DNA of 64,000 bases from Alphaproteobacteria bacterium. GTDB lineage: Bacteria; Pseudomonadota; Alphaproteobacteria; UBA828. Position 1 is the stretch's first letter. Every line of letters begins with the position of its first letter. The notes below the pieces were generated by a model. That model saw only the letters and a list, made by a program, of their open reading frames with translations, had not been told where the DNA came from and made no database searches. Shown here one piece after another: positions 48,401 through 60,400 of this stretch. The position numbers and the translations under genes are program-made. The DNA lies in assembly GCA_965220745.1 (NCBI GenBank), contig CBDCQT010000006.1, positions 1 through 64,000 on the forward strand, given 5' to 3'.

Positions 48401-51400
48401 ACGGGAAGGGGGACTTCGCCGGGGCGGTGGCGGGCGCGTACGAGGCGGGTCTCGACATTGCCTTCGAGGGCCTGTTTGTCGGGGAGCGGCGGCAGCGGGT
48501 TTCGCTGCCTGCCTATCCGTTCCAGCGGGAGCGCTACTGGATTTCTCCGTCCCCGCGTTTGCCGACGGAGGCGGGACATGCGCTTCTGGGTGTGCAGCGG
48601 GATTCGCCCGATGGCGAGCACTCCTTCGAAAGACAGCTGAGCAGTCGGGATCCGGCATGGCTCGCCGACCACCGTGTGCTCGGCGAGGTCATCGCACCCG
48701 GCGCGCTTTACGCGGCGCAGGTGGCCGAAGCGCTGCGCGAAACGCGCCGCGAACTTCCAGTCGTGCTCGAAGAGAGCACGATCACGCGCCCGCTCGTGCT
48801 GTCGGGCGATGAGGGGCGACTGGTCCAGGTGGTTCTCGCCAAGGATGGCGGCTGGAGGGTCTTCAGCAGGAAGGCGGGCGGGGGATGGGAGACGCACGCC
48901 GAAGGCCGCTGGGCGCCGTTCGCCGGAGCCGTGTCGGAGTCGGTTGACATCGGCGCGCTGAAGGGCGGCCTCGCCCAAGCAGACATCGAAGGGGGATACC
49001 TTGAGCTCGGTGCTGGCGGCCTCGATTACGGGCCTGCCTTCCGCGGCCTGGCCCGGCTCTGGTCGGGCTCCGGCGAGGCGTTGGGCGAAGTGCTGCTGCC
49101 GCCGGGCATGGAAAATCGGAGCCTGCTAGTGCACCCGGCACTGCTCGACGCCTGTTTCCATGCGCTGGGAGGAATGCCGGAGCTGGCAGGAGCGGGGGGC
49201 ACCTGGCTGCCGATCGGCTGGGACCGCTTCGTCCTGCGCGACGCGCTGCCGGGTCGCGTCTTCTGCCGGGCACTCGACCGCGGCGAAGGCGGCCATACGC
49301 GCCGAGTCGATCTCTGGCTCTACACCGAAGCAGGCGCGGAACTGGCGCATATAGAGGGCTTCGCGCTCCGACAAACGAGCCCGTCGGCGCTGGCGGGTGA
49401 CCGGGTCGAGAATGCGCTGCACGAGGTGGCGTGGCGCGAAGGGGCGGCCGTGGGACTCCGGAAGGCGGACTTCCTCGCCGAGCCCCAAGAGATCGAGTCC
49501 GGCCTAGCAGCGCCGGACGGATACCTCGAGGCGGAGGGCTGCGACAGCGCCTCCGTCGCCGAGTTGGGGCGGGAGTTGGAGCGTGAGTCCCGCCGGCTGC
49601 TGCTGCGTGCACTACACGAGCTGGGCTGGGAGCCCAGCCCCGGAGACCGTTTCGAGACCGACGAGTTGCGCCGCCGGCTGAGGGTGACCGAGGATCACGC
49701 GGGACTGTTCGGCCGGTTGCTGTCGGTGCTGGAGGAGATGGGGCTCCTCGACGGGAAACCTGGGAGCGGCTGGCACGTGGCAACCGCGCCGGAAGCGCCG
49801 GCGGAGCCCAAGTTGGGGTCGACCGACTTCGCAGCTGATTCCGTCGAGCTGGGCCTGCTCCGCCGCTGTGGGGAGTCGCTCGCCGATGTGCTCCGCGGCC
49901 GCGCCGATGCGCTGGACGTGCTATTCGGCGGAGAGCCGGGAGCGGCGAGCCTGTATCGCGAAGCGCCCGCCATACGGGCGTTGAACCGCAGAGTCGCGGA
50001 CGCCGTGCGCACCGCCGCCGCCCGGCTGCCGGAAGGTCGGCCGCTACGGGTGATCGAGATCGGCGCAGGGACGGGTGCAACCACCTCCGCCCTTCTAGAC
50101 GTCCTGCCGACCGACCGGACCGAGTTCACCTTCACCGACATCTCGACAGACTCGTTCCGGGATGCTGAGCGGGAGCTCGGCGAGCGGGGTGCGGGCATTC
50201 GCTTCCTAGCGCTCGACATCGAACGCGACCCGGCGGATCAGGGGTTCGCCCTCCACGGCTACGATCTCGTGGTCGCCGCGAATGTCCTACACGCGACCCG
50301 TGACTTGGCTGAGGCGCTCGCCCACTGTCGGCGCCTCCTAGCACCGTCGGGCTTGCTGGTGGCCGCCGAGGAAACCGCCCGCAAAGAGTGGCTGGACCTG
50401 ACCTTAGGCCTGCTGCCCGGCTGGTGGCGCTTCCAAGATGCGTATCGTTCCGACCACGCCCTAGCTGGGCCCACCGTCTGGCGCCAGGCCCTCGCGGACG
50501 CCGGATTTGGCGGGATCTCCCTAGTCGAGGATCCGTCCGGGGCGGTCCTGATCCTGGCGCGGGGGCCATCGGAGGCGGGGGCCGAAGACGGGCTGTTCGT
50601 GCTGGCCGGGGATGGCGAGCTGGGTGCCGAGCTGGCGGCGGAGCTGGATCGCCGGGGCAGTCAGGCGGTCGAAGGCCCCGCAGAGGGCGACCGGCAGGCG
50701 TGGCGCAGCTTCTTCGAGTCATTGCCCAGCGCATTCCCGCTACGGGGCGTGGCGTATCTCGGCGGGGTCCGGCGAGATGGCGCGGATCTTTCGACCCGGG
50801 AGCTCGAGGCAGACCTAGAGGCGGCGGGTGCTGGTGCGCTGGCGCTGGTCCAAGGGATGTCGGATGCGGGCGTGTCGGCCGTGAGCGGCACTTGGTTCGT
50901 GACTCGGGGCGGCCAGGTGATCGAGCGGGAGCGCCGCGGCGCGCTCGTGGGTGCCTCGTTGTGGGGCTTCGCGAGCGTGGTGGACCTAGAGCACGGGGAG
51001 CTGACGCCGCGCCTGCTGGACCTGGACCCAGAGTCTCCCGCGTCCGCCGACACGCTTGCCGACGAGCTGCTCTTTCCCGACCGGGAGACGCGCGTCGCCC
51101 GCAGGGGTAGATCCCGCTTTGTCGCTCGGCTGACGCGATTCACCGGTCGGGCCGAATTCGCATCGGCGCATGGGGAAGACGGTGCGGCGGGTACTGGCCA
51201 AGGCGAGGTCCGGTTGCGCGGGGACCGGAGCTATCTGATCACCGGGGGGCTCGGGGGGCTCGGGCTCGAAGTGGCGCGCTGGATGGCCGCGGCGGGAGCG
51301 GGTCCCATTGTCCTGAACGGATACGACCCGCCCGACGCGGCGGCCCAGGCGGCGGTTGCGGAACTCCGGGCGGGCGGTGCCGAGGTGCGCATTGAGATCG

Positions 51401-54400
51401 CCGACGTAACGGACGGGGAGGCGATGGCGGGATTGCTCCAGCGCATGGACGCCGAGCTCCCGCCACTGGCGGGCGTGATCCACAGTGTGGGAGCGCTCGC
51501 CGACGCGGCGTTGACGAACCAAGACTGGGAGCGGTTCGAGCGCGTCCTCGGGCCCAAGGTACTGGGAGCTTGGCGACTCCATCGGGCCACGCTCGAGCGG
51601 GAGCTCGATCTGTTCGTCGTTTTCTCCAGCGGGTCGGGAGTCCTCGGGAATCCGGGGCAGGCGAATTACGCGGCGGCGAACGCTTTCCTTGACCAGCTGG
51701 CGCGGCACCGGCGGTCGCTCGGCCTGCCGGGTCAGGCCATTGCTTGGGGGCCGTGGTCGGGCATCGGGGTCGCCGAGGAGCAGCGCGAACGCCTAGAGGT
51801 GGGGGCTGCTTGGTCCGTCGAAGAGTGGATCACTCCCGAGCAAGGCATCCGTGTCTTGGCTCGGCTCATCCGCGAGGATGTCGCAGCCAGCGTTGTGGGG
51901 TCCTTCGATTGGTCGGTGCTTCCGTTGCGGGCAGCGTGGCTCGAAGAAGTGATAGAGCGCGAAGAGGCCCTCTCGCCCGCTGCTCCGGTCGATCTCCTCG
52001 GGCGGCTCCGGGGACTCGCCCCCGGGGAACGCCGGGATGAACTGATCCGGTTCCTCGGGGAACAGCTGGTCGAGATCCTGCGCCTGCGCTCCGCTCCGTC
52101 GCCCTCGGCGGGATTCTTCGAGCTGGGCATGGATTCGCTGATGGCGGTCGAGCTTCGCAACCGCTTGAACCGGGCCTTCCGCGGCGCGTTCGTCGTGTCC
52201 AACACCGCGGTGTTCGATCATCCCGACATCGCGCGTCTGGCGGAACACCTCGCAGAAATGCTAGCCGGCGTGGAGCCGGAGGTGCCGCAGGTGCGAGCCT
52301 TGCCCGCCGCCCGGCAGCGCGGCGACGAGCGTATTGCGATCGTCGGCATGGCCTGCCGCTTCCCCGGGGCAGAGGATGCCGAGGAATTCTGGGCGCAGCT
52401 TTGTTCCGGGGCCGATCTGGTAACTAGGGGGCGTCCGGACGGCCTCTTCGTGGATGCCGAGACGCAGGCGGCGCGCCCCTTCGGCGCCTATGTGGAGGGC
52501 GTCGACCGCTTTGATGCGGGCTTTTTCCGGATCGCCCCGGTAGAGGCGGAGCTGCTGGATCCCCAGCAGCGGATGCTGCTCGAAACCAGCTGGGCGGCGC
52601 TGGAGGACGCCGGGATCGCCCCGGACGGGCTGCGCGGCAGCCGGACCGGGGTGTACGGCGGGTTCATGGCGAGCGATTACCAAGCTGTCCTGGCCGGGTC
52701 CGCGGAGGATCCATCGACCAACATCTACAGATCCACCGGTATCTCCGGATCTACAGCGATTGGCCGGATCGCCTTCGCGCTTGGTCTCGAGGGTCCGGCC
52801 ATGACGGTGGACACGGCGTGTTCCTCGTCGCTGGTCGCGCTGCACCAGGCGTCGGCGGCGCTCCGCGCAGGCGAAGCGGACCTAGCGCTGGCGGGAGGAG
52901 TGAACGCGATCTTGAGGTCGGAGCCGACCCGAATCTTCACTGACGCCGGCATGCTCGCGGCAGATGGACGCTGCAAGACATTCGACGAGGCGGCCGACGG
53001 CTACGTACGGGGCGAGGGATGCGGGATGGTTGTGCTCAAGCGCCTGGCCGACGCGGAGGCAGCCGGAGACCGGATCCTCGCGGTTGTACTCGGATCGGCG
53101 GTGAACCAAGACGGCGCAAGCGCCGGCCTGACGGTGCCGAACGGCCCGGCCCAAGAGCGCGTGATCGAAGAGGCGCTCGCGCGGGCGGGCGTCGAGGCCT
53201 CCTCGGTCGACTACTTGGAGGCGCACGGCACGGGCACCGAACTGGGCGATCCGGTCGAGGTAGCAGCGGCGGCTTCGGTGTACGGCCGGGGCCGGAGCCC
53301 GGATCGCCCGCTGCTGATCGGATCCGTAAAGACGAACGTGGGCCACTTGGAGGCGGCGGCGGGCGTGGCCGGGCTGATCAAGGCGGTGCTCGCGATCCGT
53401 TCCGGGGTGATTCCGCGCCACCTGCACTTCGAGCGGCCCAACCCGCGGATGGACTGGGAGAAGCTTCCCATCCGGGTGACGTCGGAGGCAACCTCATGGC
53501 CGGAATCGGAGCGGCCGCGGCGGGCCGCCGTCAGCTCCTTCGGATACTCGGGCACCAATGCCCATGTCGTGATCGAGAGCTATGCGGAGGAGCGCGACCC
53601 ACCGCTCGTAGAGGCTGGGACACCGCCGGAAGCGGAGGCAGATGAGCGCACCCCGCAGGCGGACGCGCCCCGCCGGAGCCGTCTGCTACCGATCTCGGCG
53701 AAATCCGCAGATGCGCTCCGTCAGATGGCCGGCCGCTACCGGGCCGCCCTCTCGGAGGACATTCCGCTCGCCGACATGGCGTGGACGGCGGGGGTGGGGC
53801 GGAGCCATTTCCGCTACCGCTCGGGCCTCGTATTTCAAGACCGGGCCTCGCTGGCGGAGCAGCTGGAGGTGGTCGGACAGGGAGGCGTGGCGGCCACGCA
53901 ACGAACGGTAGCGTTCCTTTACACCGGGCAGGGGAGCCAGTGGGCGGGCATGGGCCGGGAACTCTATGAGGCCGAGCCGGTCTTCCGGGCAGTTCTGGAC
54001 CGCTGCGAGGAAGTGTTCCGCGCAGAGCGCGGCAGGGCGCTTCTTCCGGTGATCTTCGAGGATGCCGAGCGGCTGGAGCGGACCGAATGGACGCAGCCGG
54101 CGCTTTACGCGCTGGAGAGCGGGCTGACCGCGCTGTGGGCCAGCGTGGGGGTGCGGCCCGACATCGTGTTCGGGCACAGCGTGGGAGAGATCGCGGCAGC
54201 GGCTGCGGCGGGAGCCTTTGATCTCGAGAGCGGGATGCGGTTCGCCACGCGCCGGGGCGCGCTGATGGGTTCGCTGCCCGACGGGGGAGCGATGGCGGCG
54301 GTATTCACAACCCGCGACCGCGTCGCCCCCGTATTCGGGGGTGAGGTGTCCCTGGCCGCCGACAACGGCGCGCACCAAGTGGTGAGCGGTCCGCAGGACG

Positions 54401-57400
54401 CGATCGCCGCCTTGGCCGAGGACCTCTCCAAGGAAGGGATTCGGGTGCAACCCCTCCAGACCAGCCACGCCTTCCACAGCGCACTGATGGATCCGGTGCT
54501 GGAGGAACTGGAAGCGGCGGCTCCTAGGTCCTCGGTACTGGCGGCAACGCTGGTGAGCGATGTCAGCGGGCGTGTCCTCGAAGGAGTCCCGGACGGAGCG
54601 TACTGGCGACGCCAGGCGCGCGAGCCGGTCCAATTCGCCGCCGCGGTGCGGACGCTGGCAGACTTGGAGGCGGGGCTTCTGCTGGAGATCGGGCCCCATG
54701 GCGTGCTGGGCCCGATGGCGGCGCTGGGCTGGCCGCAAAGCGAGGCGCCAACGGTGATTTCGAGCCAGCGGCGCGGCTCGAACGGGGACTTTGTCGGCGC
54801 AGTGGCGAGTGCGTACGAGGCGGGTCTGGACATTGCCTTCGAGGGCCTGTTTGTCGGGGAACGGCGGCGGCGGGTCTCGTTGCCCGCCTACGCGTTCCAG
54901 CGGCAGCGTTACTGGACCTCCGCTTCCCCGCGCCGGCAGTCGGAGGCGGGACACGCGCTGCTCGGGGTGCGTCGGGATTCCCCGGATGGCGAGCATTCCT
55001 TCGAGCGGCAGCTGCACAGCCGGGATCCGGCCTGGCTGGCAGACCACCGGGTGTACGGAAACGTTGTAGCGCCGGGTGCGCTCTACGCGGCGCAGGTGGC
55101 CGAAGCGCTTCGCGAAACGCACCACGGAGTCCAAGCCGTGCTCGAAGAGAGCGTGATCACGCGCCCGCTCAGGTTGTCGGACGATGAGGGCCGGCTGGTC
55201 CAGGTCGTGCTTGATGAGGACGGCGCTTGGAGGGTTGTCAGCAAGGATGCGGGCGGGCGATGGGAGACGCACGCCGCAGGCCGCTGGGCACCGCACGCCG
55301 CAGTCCCGTCCGAGCCGGCAGATCCCGCCGTGCTGCAGGAGGGCCTCGCCGAGGCGGACGTTGCAGGCGTGTACTTGGAGTTGGGCGCCTCTGGACTCGA
55401 CTATGGTCCCGCCTTCCGCGGCCTGGTCCGGCTCTGGTCGGGGCCTGGCGAAGCCTTGGGCGAGCTGCTGCTGCCGGAGGGATTGGAGAACCGGAACCTT
55501 CTCGTGCACCCGGCACTGCTCGACGCATGTTTCCGGGTGCTGGGGGGCGTTCCGGAAATGGCGCGACCAGGGGGGACGTGGCTGCCGGTCGGCTGGGACC
55601 GCTTTGTCCTGCACGAGGCGCTGCCGGAGCGGGTCTTCTGCCGGGCACTGGATCGCGGCGAGGACGGGCAGAAGCGCACAGCAGACTTCTGGATTTATAC
55701 GGAGACGGGCGAGGAGCTGGCGCGCATCGAGGGCTTCGCGCTCAGACAGGCGAGCCGGTCGGCGCTGTCAGGTGACCGGGCAGAGGAGATGCTGCACGAA
55801 GTGGTGTGGCGCGAGGGGGCAGCGGCGGGACTCCGGGAGGCGGAATTCCTCGCCGGGCCGGAAGCGATCGCTTCGGGCCTGGGAGGGCTGGACGGATATC
55901 TCGACGCGGAGTCCCGCAACGGGGCGTCCCTCTCCGCCCTCGGGAGCGAGCTGGAGCGTGAGGCTCGCCGGCTGCTGCTGCGCGGATTCCGGGAGTTGGG
56001 ATGGGACCCCAAGACGGGAGACCGTTTCGAGACGGACGAGTTGCGCCATCGGCTGAGGGTGACAGAGGATCACGGGCGGCTGTTCGGCCGGTTGTTGTCG
56101 GTGCTGGAGGAGATGGGACTTCTCGACCGGGAATCGGCGGGCGGCTGGCGCGTGGCAGCCGCGCCCGAAGCGCCTGGGGAGCTGGAGGCGGGGCCGGCTG
56201 ACTCCCAAGCCGAGTCCGTCGAGCTGGGCCTGCTCCGCCGCTGCGGGGAGTCGCTCGCCGACGTGCTCCGCGGCCGCGCCGATGCGCTGGACCTGCTCTT
56301 CGGCGGCGAGCCGGGAGCGGCGAGCCTGTACCGCGAGTCCCCCGCCGTGCGGGCGTTGAACCGCATGGTCGCCGACGCCGTGCGCGCAGCGGGGGCCGGC
56401 TTGCCGGAAAGCCGGCCGCTGCGGGTGATCGAGGTCGGCGCAGGGACGGGCGCGACCGCCGCCGCCCTCTTGGGCGTGCTGCCGGCCGACCGGAGCGAAT
56501 ACACCTTCACCGACATCTCGACGGACTCGTTCCCGGACGCGGAGCGGGAGTTCGGCGAGCGGGGCGCGGGCCTTCGCTTCCTAGCGCTCGACATCGAACG
56601 AGATCCGACGGATCAGGGGTTCGCTCCCCACGGCTACGACCTCGTGATTGCCGCGAACGTCTTGCATGCAACCCGAGACCTAGGTGAGACGCTCGCTCAC
56701 TGCCGGCGCCTGCTGGCCCCGTCGGGCGTGCTGGTGGCCGTCGAGGAGACCGCCCGCAAGGAGTGGCTGGACCTGACCTTCGGACTGCTGCCCGGCTGGT
56801 GGCGCTTCCAAGATGCGTATCGCTCCGACCACGCGCTGGTCGGGCCCCCCGTCTGGCGCCAAGCCCTCGCGGACGCCGGATTCGCGGAGACCTCCCTGCT
56901 GGAGGATCCGTCTGGGGCGCTTCTGATCCTGGCCCGGGGGCCGTCGGAGGCGGGGGCCGAAGGCGGGCTGTTCGTGCTGGCCGGGGAGAGCGAGCTGGGC
57001 GCCGAGTTGGCGGCGGAGCTGGAGCGCCGGGGCAGCCGGGCGGTCGAAGGCCCCACGGAGGCCGACCGGCAGGCGTGGCGCGGGTTCTTCGAGTCCTTGC
57101 CGGGCGCGCTTCCGCTGCGCGGCGTGGCGTATCTGGGCGGGCTCCGGCCAGACGGTGCCGAGCTCTCGACTCGGGATCTGGCAGCGGAGCTGCAGGCAGT
57201 CGATGCGGGAGCGCTGGCGCTGGTCCAGGGGATGTCGGACGCGGGCGTGTCGCCGGTGAGCGGCACTTGGTTCGTGACCCGGGGCGGCCAGGTGATCGAG
57301 CGGGAGCGCGGCGGCGCGCTCGCGGGTGCCTCGCTGTGGGGCTTCGCCAGCGTGGTGGAGTTGGAGCACGGGGATATGACGCCGCGCCTGCTGGACTTGG

Positions 57401-60400
57401 ATCCCGAGTCTCCCCTGTCCACCGGCGCGCTCGCCGACGAGTTGCTCTTCCCCGACCGCGAGACGCGCGTCGCCCGCCGGGGCGGGGACCGCTTGGTGGC
57501 CCGGCTGACGCGCCTCGCCGGGCGGGCTGAGGACTCGGCGGAAGCCGGGCCGGGCGAGGCCCGGCTGCGCGGGGACCGCAGCTATCTGATCACGGGCGGG
57601 CTCGGGGGGCTCGGGCTGGAGGTGGCGCGCTGGCTGGCCGGGGCGGGCGCCGGGGCCATCGTGCTGAACGGACGTCGCGCGCCCGACACGGACACCGAGG
57701 CGCTGATCGCGGAGCTCCGGCAGGGCAGCGCCGAAGTGCGCGTGGAGATTGCCGACGTCACGGACGAGGATGCGGTGGCGGGGATGCTCGGGCGGATCGA
57801 TGCCGAGCTGCCGCCGCTGGCGGGCGTGATCCACAGCGTCGGCGCGCTTGCCGACGGGGCATTGACAAACCAAGACTGGGAGCGCTTCGAGCGGGTGCTG
57901 GGGCCCAAGATCCTAGGGGCTTGGCGGCTGCACCGGGCTACGCTCGACCGGCAGCTGGACCTGTTCGTCCTCTTCTCCAGCCTGGCGGGCGTGGTCGGAA
58001 ACCCGGGACAGGCCAACTACGCGGCGGCCAACGCCTTCCTCGACCAGCTGGCAAGGCACCGGAGGGCGCTGGGCCTGCCGGGTCAGGCCGTTGCGTGGGG
58101 ACCGTGGTCGGGCATCGGCGAGGCCGAGGAGCAGCGTGAGCGTATCGGGATGCAGCCCGCCGACTCGGGCGAGGAATGGATCGCTCCCGAACAGGGCATC
58201 CGTGCGTTGGCGCGGCTCGTGCGCGAGGACATCGGAACCAGTGTGGCGGCATTCGTCGACTGGGCTGCGCTTTCGGTGCGGGCACCCTGGCTAGCGGAAG
58301 TGGCGGGGCGCGAAGAGGACCGCGCTTCCGCCGCTCCGGGCGATCTGCTCAAGCGGCTCGGGGGCCTCGCCGTCGGGGAGCGCCGCGAAGAACTGATCCG
58401 GTTCCTCGAGGAACAGGTGGTCCAAGTTTTGCGGCTGCGATCCGCACCGTCGTCCACGGCAGGATTCTTCGAGCTGGGCATGGACTCGCTGATGGCGGTC
58501 GAGCTTCGCAACCGCCTGAACCGGGCCTTCCGGGGCGCGTTCGTGGTCTCGAACACTGCAGTGTTCGATTATCCCGACATCGCCCGCCTGGCAGAACACC
58601 TTGCGGGCAAGCTTGCGGGAATGGCTCTGGAAGCACCGCATGCGCGTGCTGCCCTGCCCCCCGTCCGGCACCGGGCGGACGAACGCATCGCGATCGTCGG
58701 CATGGCCTGCCGCTTCCCCGGGGCACCGGATGTCGAGGAATTTTGGGCACAGCTTCACTCCGGGGCCGATATGGTGACGAGGGGCCGCCCGGACGGGCTG
58801 TTCGTGGATGCCGAGACGGAGGCTGCGCGCCCCTTCGGCGCTTATGTGGAGGGCCTCGACCACTTCGACGCGGGCTTCTTCCGGATCGCCCCGGTCGAGG
58901 CAGAACTCCTCGACCCCCAGCAGCGGATGCTGCTCGAGACCAGCTGGGCGGCGCTTGAAGACGCCGGCATCGCTCCGAACGGGCTGCGGGGCACCCGAAC
59001 CGGGGTGTATGGCGGGGTCTCAATGAGCGATTACCACGCCCTTATCGCAGAGGCCGCGGACAACCCGTCGGCCAACCTTTACCGCTCTACAGGCGCCACC
59101 CCCTCGATCGCGGTGGGCCGAGTAGCCTTCGCCCTAGGCCTCGAGGGTCCGGCGATCACGATTGACACCGCGTGTTCCTCGTCCTTGGTCGCGCTTCACC
59201 AAGCGGCAGCGGCGCTGCGCGCGGGCGAGGCGGACCTGGCGCTGGCGGGAGGAGTGAACGCGATCCTGCGGTCAGAGCCCACCAGTCTCCTGACCGACGC
59301 CGGCATGCTCGCCGCAGATGGGCGTTGCAAGACTTTCGACGCGGCGGCCGATGGTTACGTACGGGGCGAGGGATGCGGGATGGTGGTGCTCAAACGCCTC
59401 GCGGACGCGGAGGCGGCAGGGGACCGGATCCTCGCGGTTGTGCTCGGGTCGGCCGTGAACCAAGACGGCGCGAGCGCCGGCCTGACCGTGCCGAACGGCC
59501 CGGCCCAAGAGCGGGTGATCGAGGAGGCGCTCGCGCGGGCGGGCGTCGAGGCCTCCTCGGTCGACTACTTGGAGGCACACGGCACGGGCACCGAACTGGG
59601 CGATCCGGTAGAAGTGGAGGCGGCTGCTGGGGTGTACGGCCGCGGCCGGAGCGCGGACCGCCCGCTGCTGATCGGCTCGGTGAAGACGAACGTGGGCCAC
59701 CTCGAGGCGGCGGCGGGCGTGGCCGGGCTGATCAAGGCGGTGCTGGCGATCCGTTCCGGGGTGATTCCGCGCCACCTGCACTTCGAGCGGCCCAACCCGC
59801 GGATGGACTGGGAGAAGCTCCCCGTCCGGGTGACGTCGGAAGCGACGCCCTGGCCGGACGAGGAGCGGCCGCGGCGAGCCGCCGTCAGCTCCTTCGGATA
59901 CTCCGGAACCAATGCCCACGCCGTGGTCGAGGGATATGCAGAAGAGCCCGAACCGCCGCCCATTGAAGTGCCCGCACTTCCGGCGTCGGGTGCGGATGAC
60001 CGCGTCTCGCAGGCTGACGCGCCCCGCGTGCACCGCCTACTCCCGCTCTCGGCGAAGTCCCAAGACGCTCTCCGGCGGCTGGCTGATCGATACCAAGCCA
60101 TGCTCTCGGACGATACCCCGCTTGCCGACATGGCTTGGACGGCGAGCACCGGCCGGAGTCATTTCCACTGCCGTTCCGGCCTTGTGTTCAGCGATCGCGC
60201 CTCGCTGCAGGAGCAGCTGGAGGTGGTGAGGCAGGGAGTTGTGGCGGCGTCCACGCAAGGAACGGTCGCGTTCCTCTACACCGGGCAGGGGAGCCAGTGG
60301 GCGGGCATGGGCCGGGAGCTCTATGAGGCCGAGCCGGTCTTCCGGGCGGTTCTGGACCGCTGCGAGGAAGTGTTCCGCGCGGAGCGCGGCAGGGCGCTTC

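Noticed and set aside
811-55614. Long antisense ORFs (e.g. 811-2283, 5185-7110, 8116-10323, 27376-29451, 53686-55614)
   Set aside because: They are in-register antisense frames that stay open wherever the sense gene avoids CTA/TTA/TCA codons. They are broken at different places in paralogous modules and show no protein motifs.
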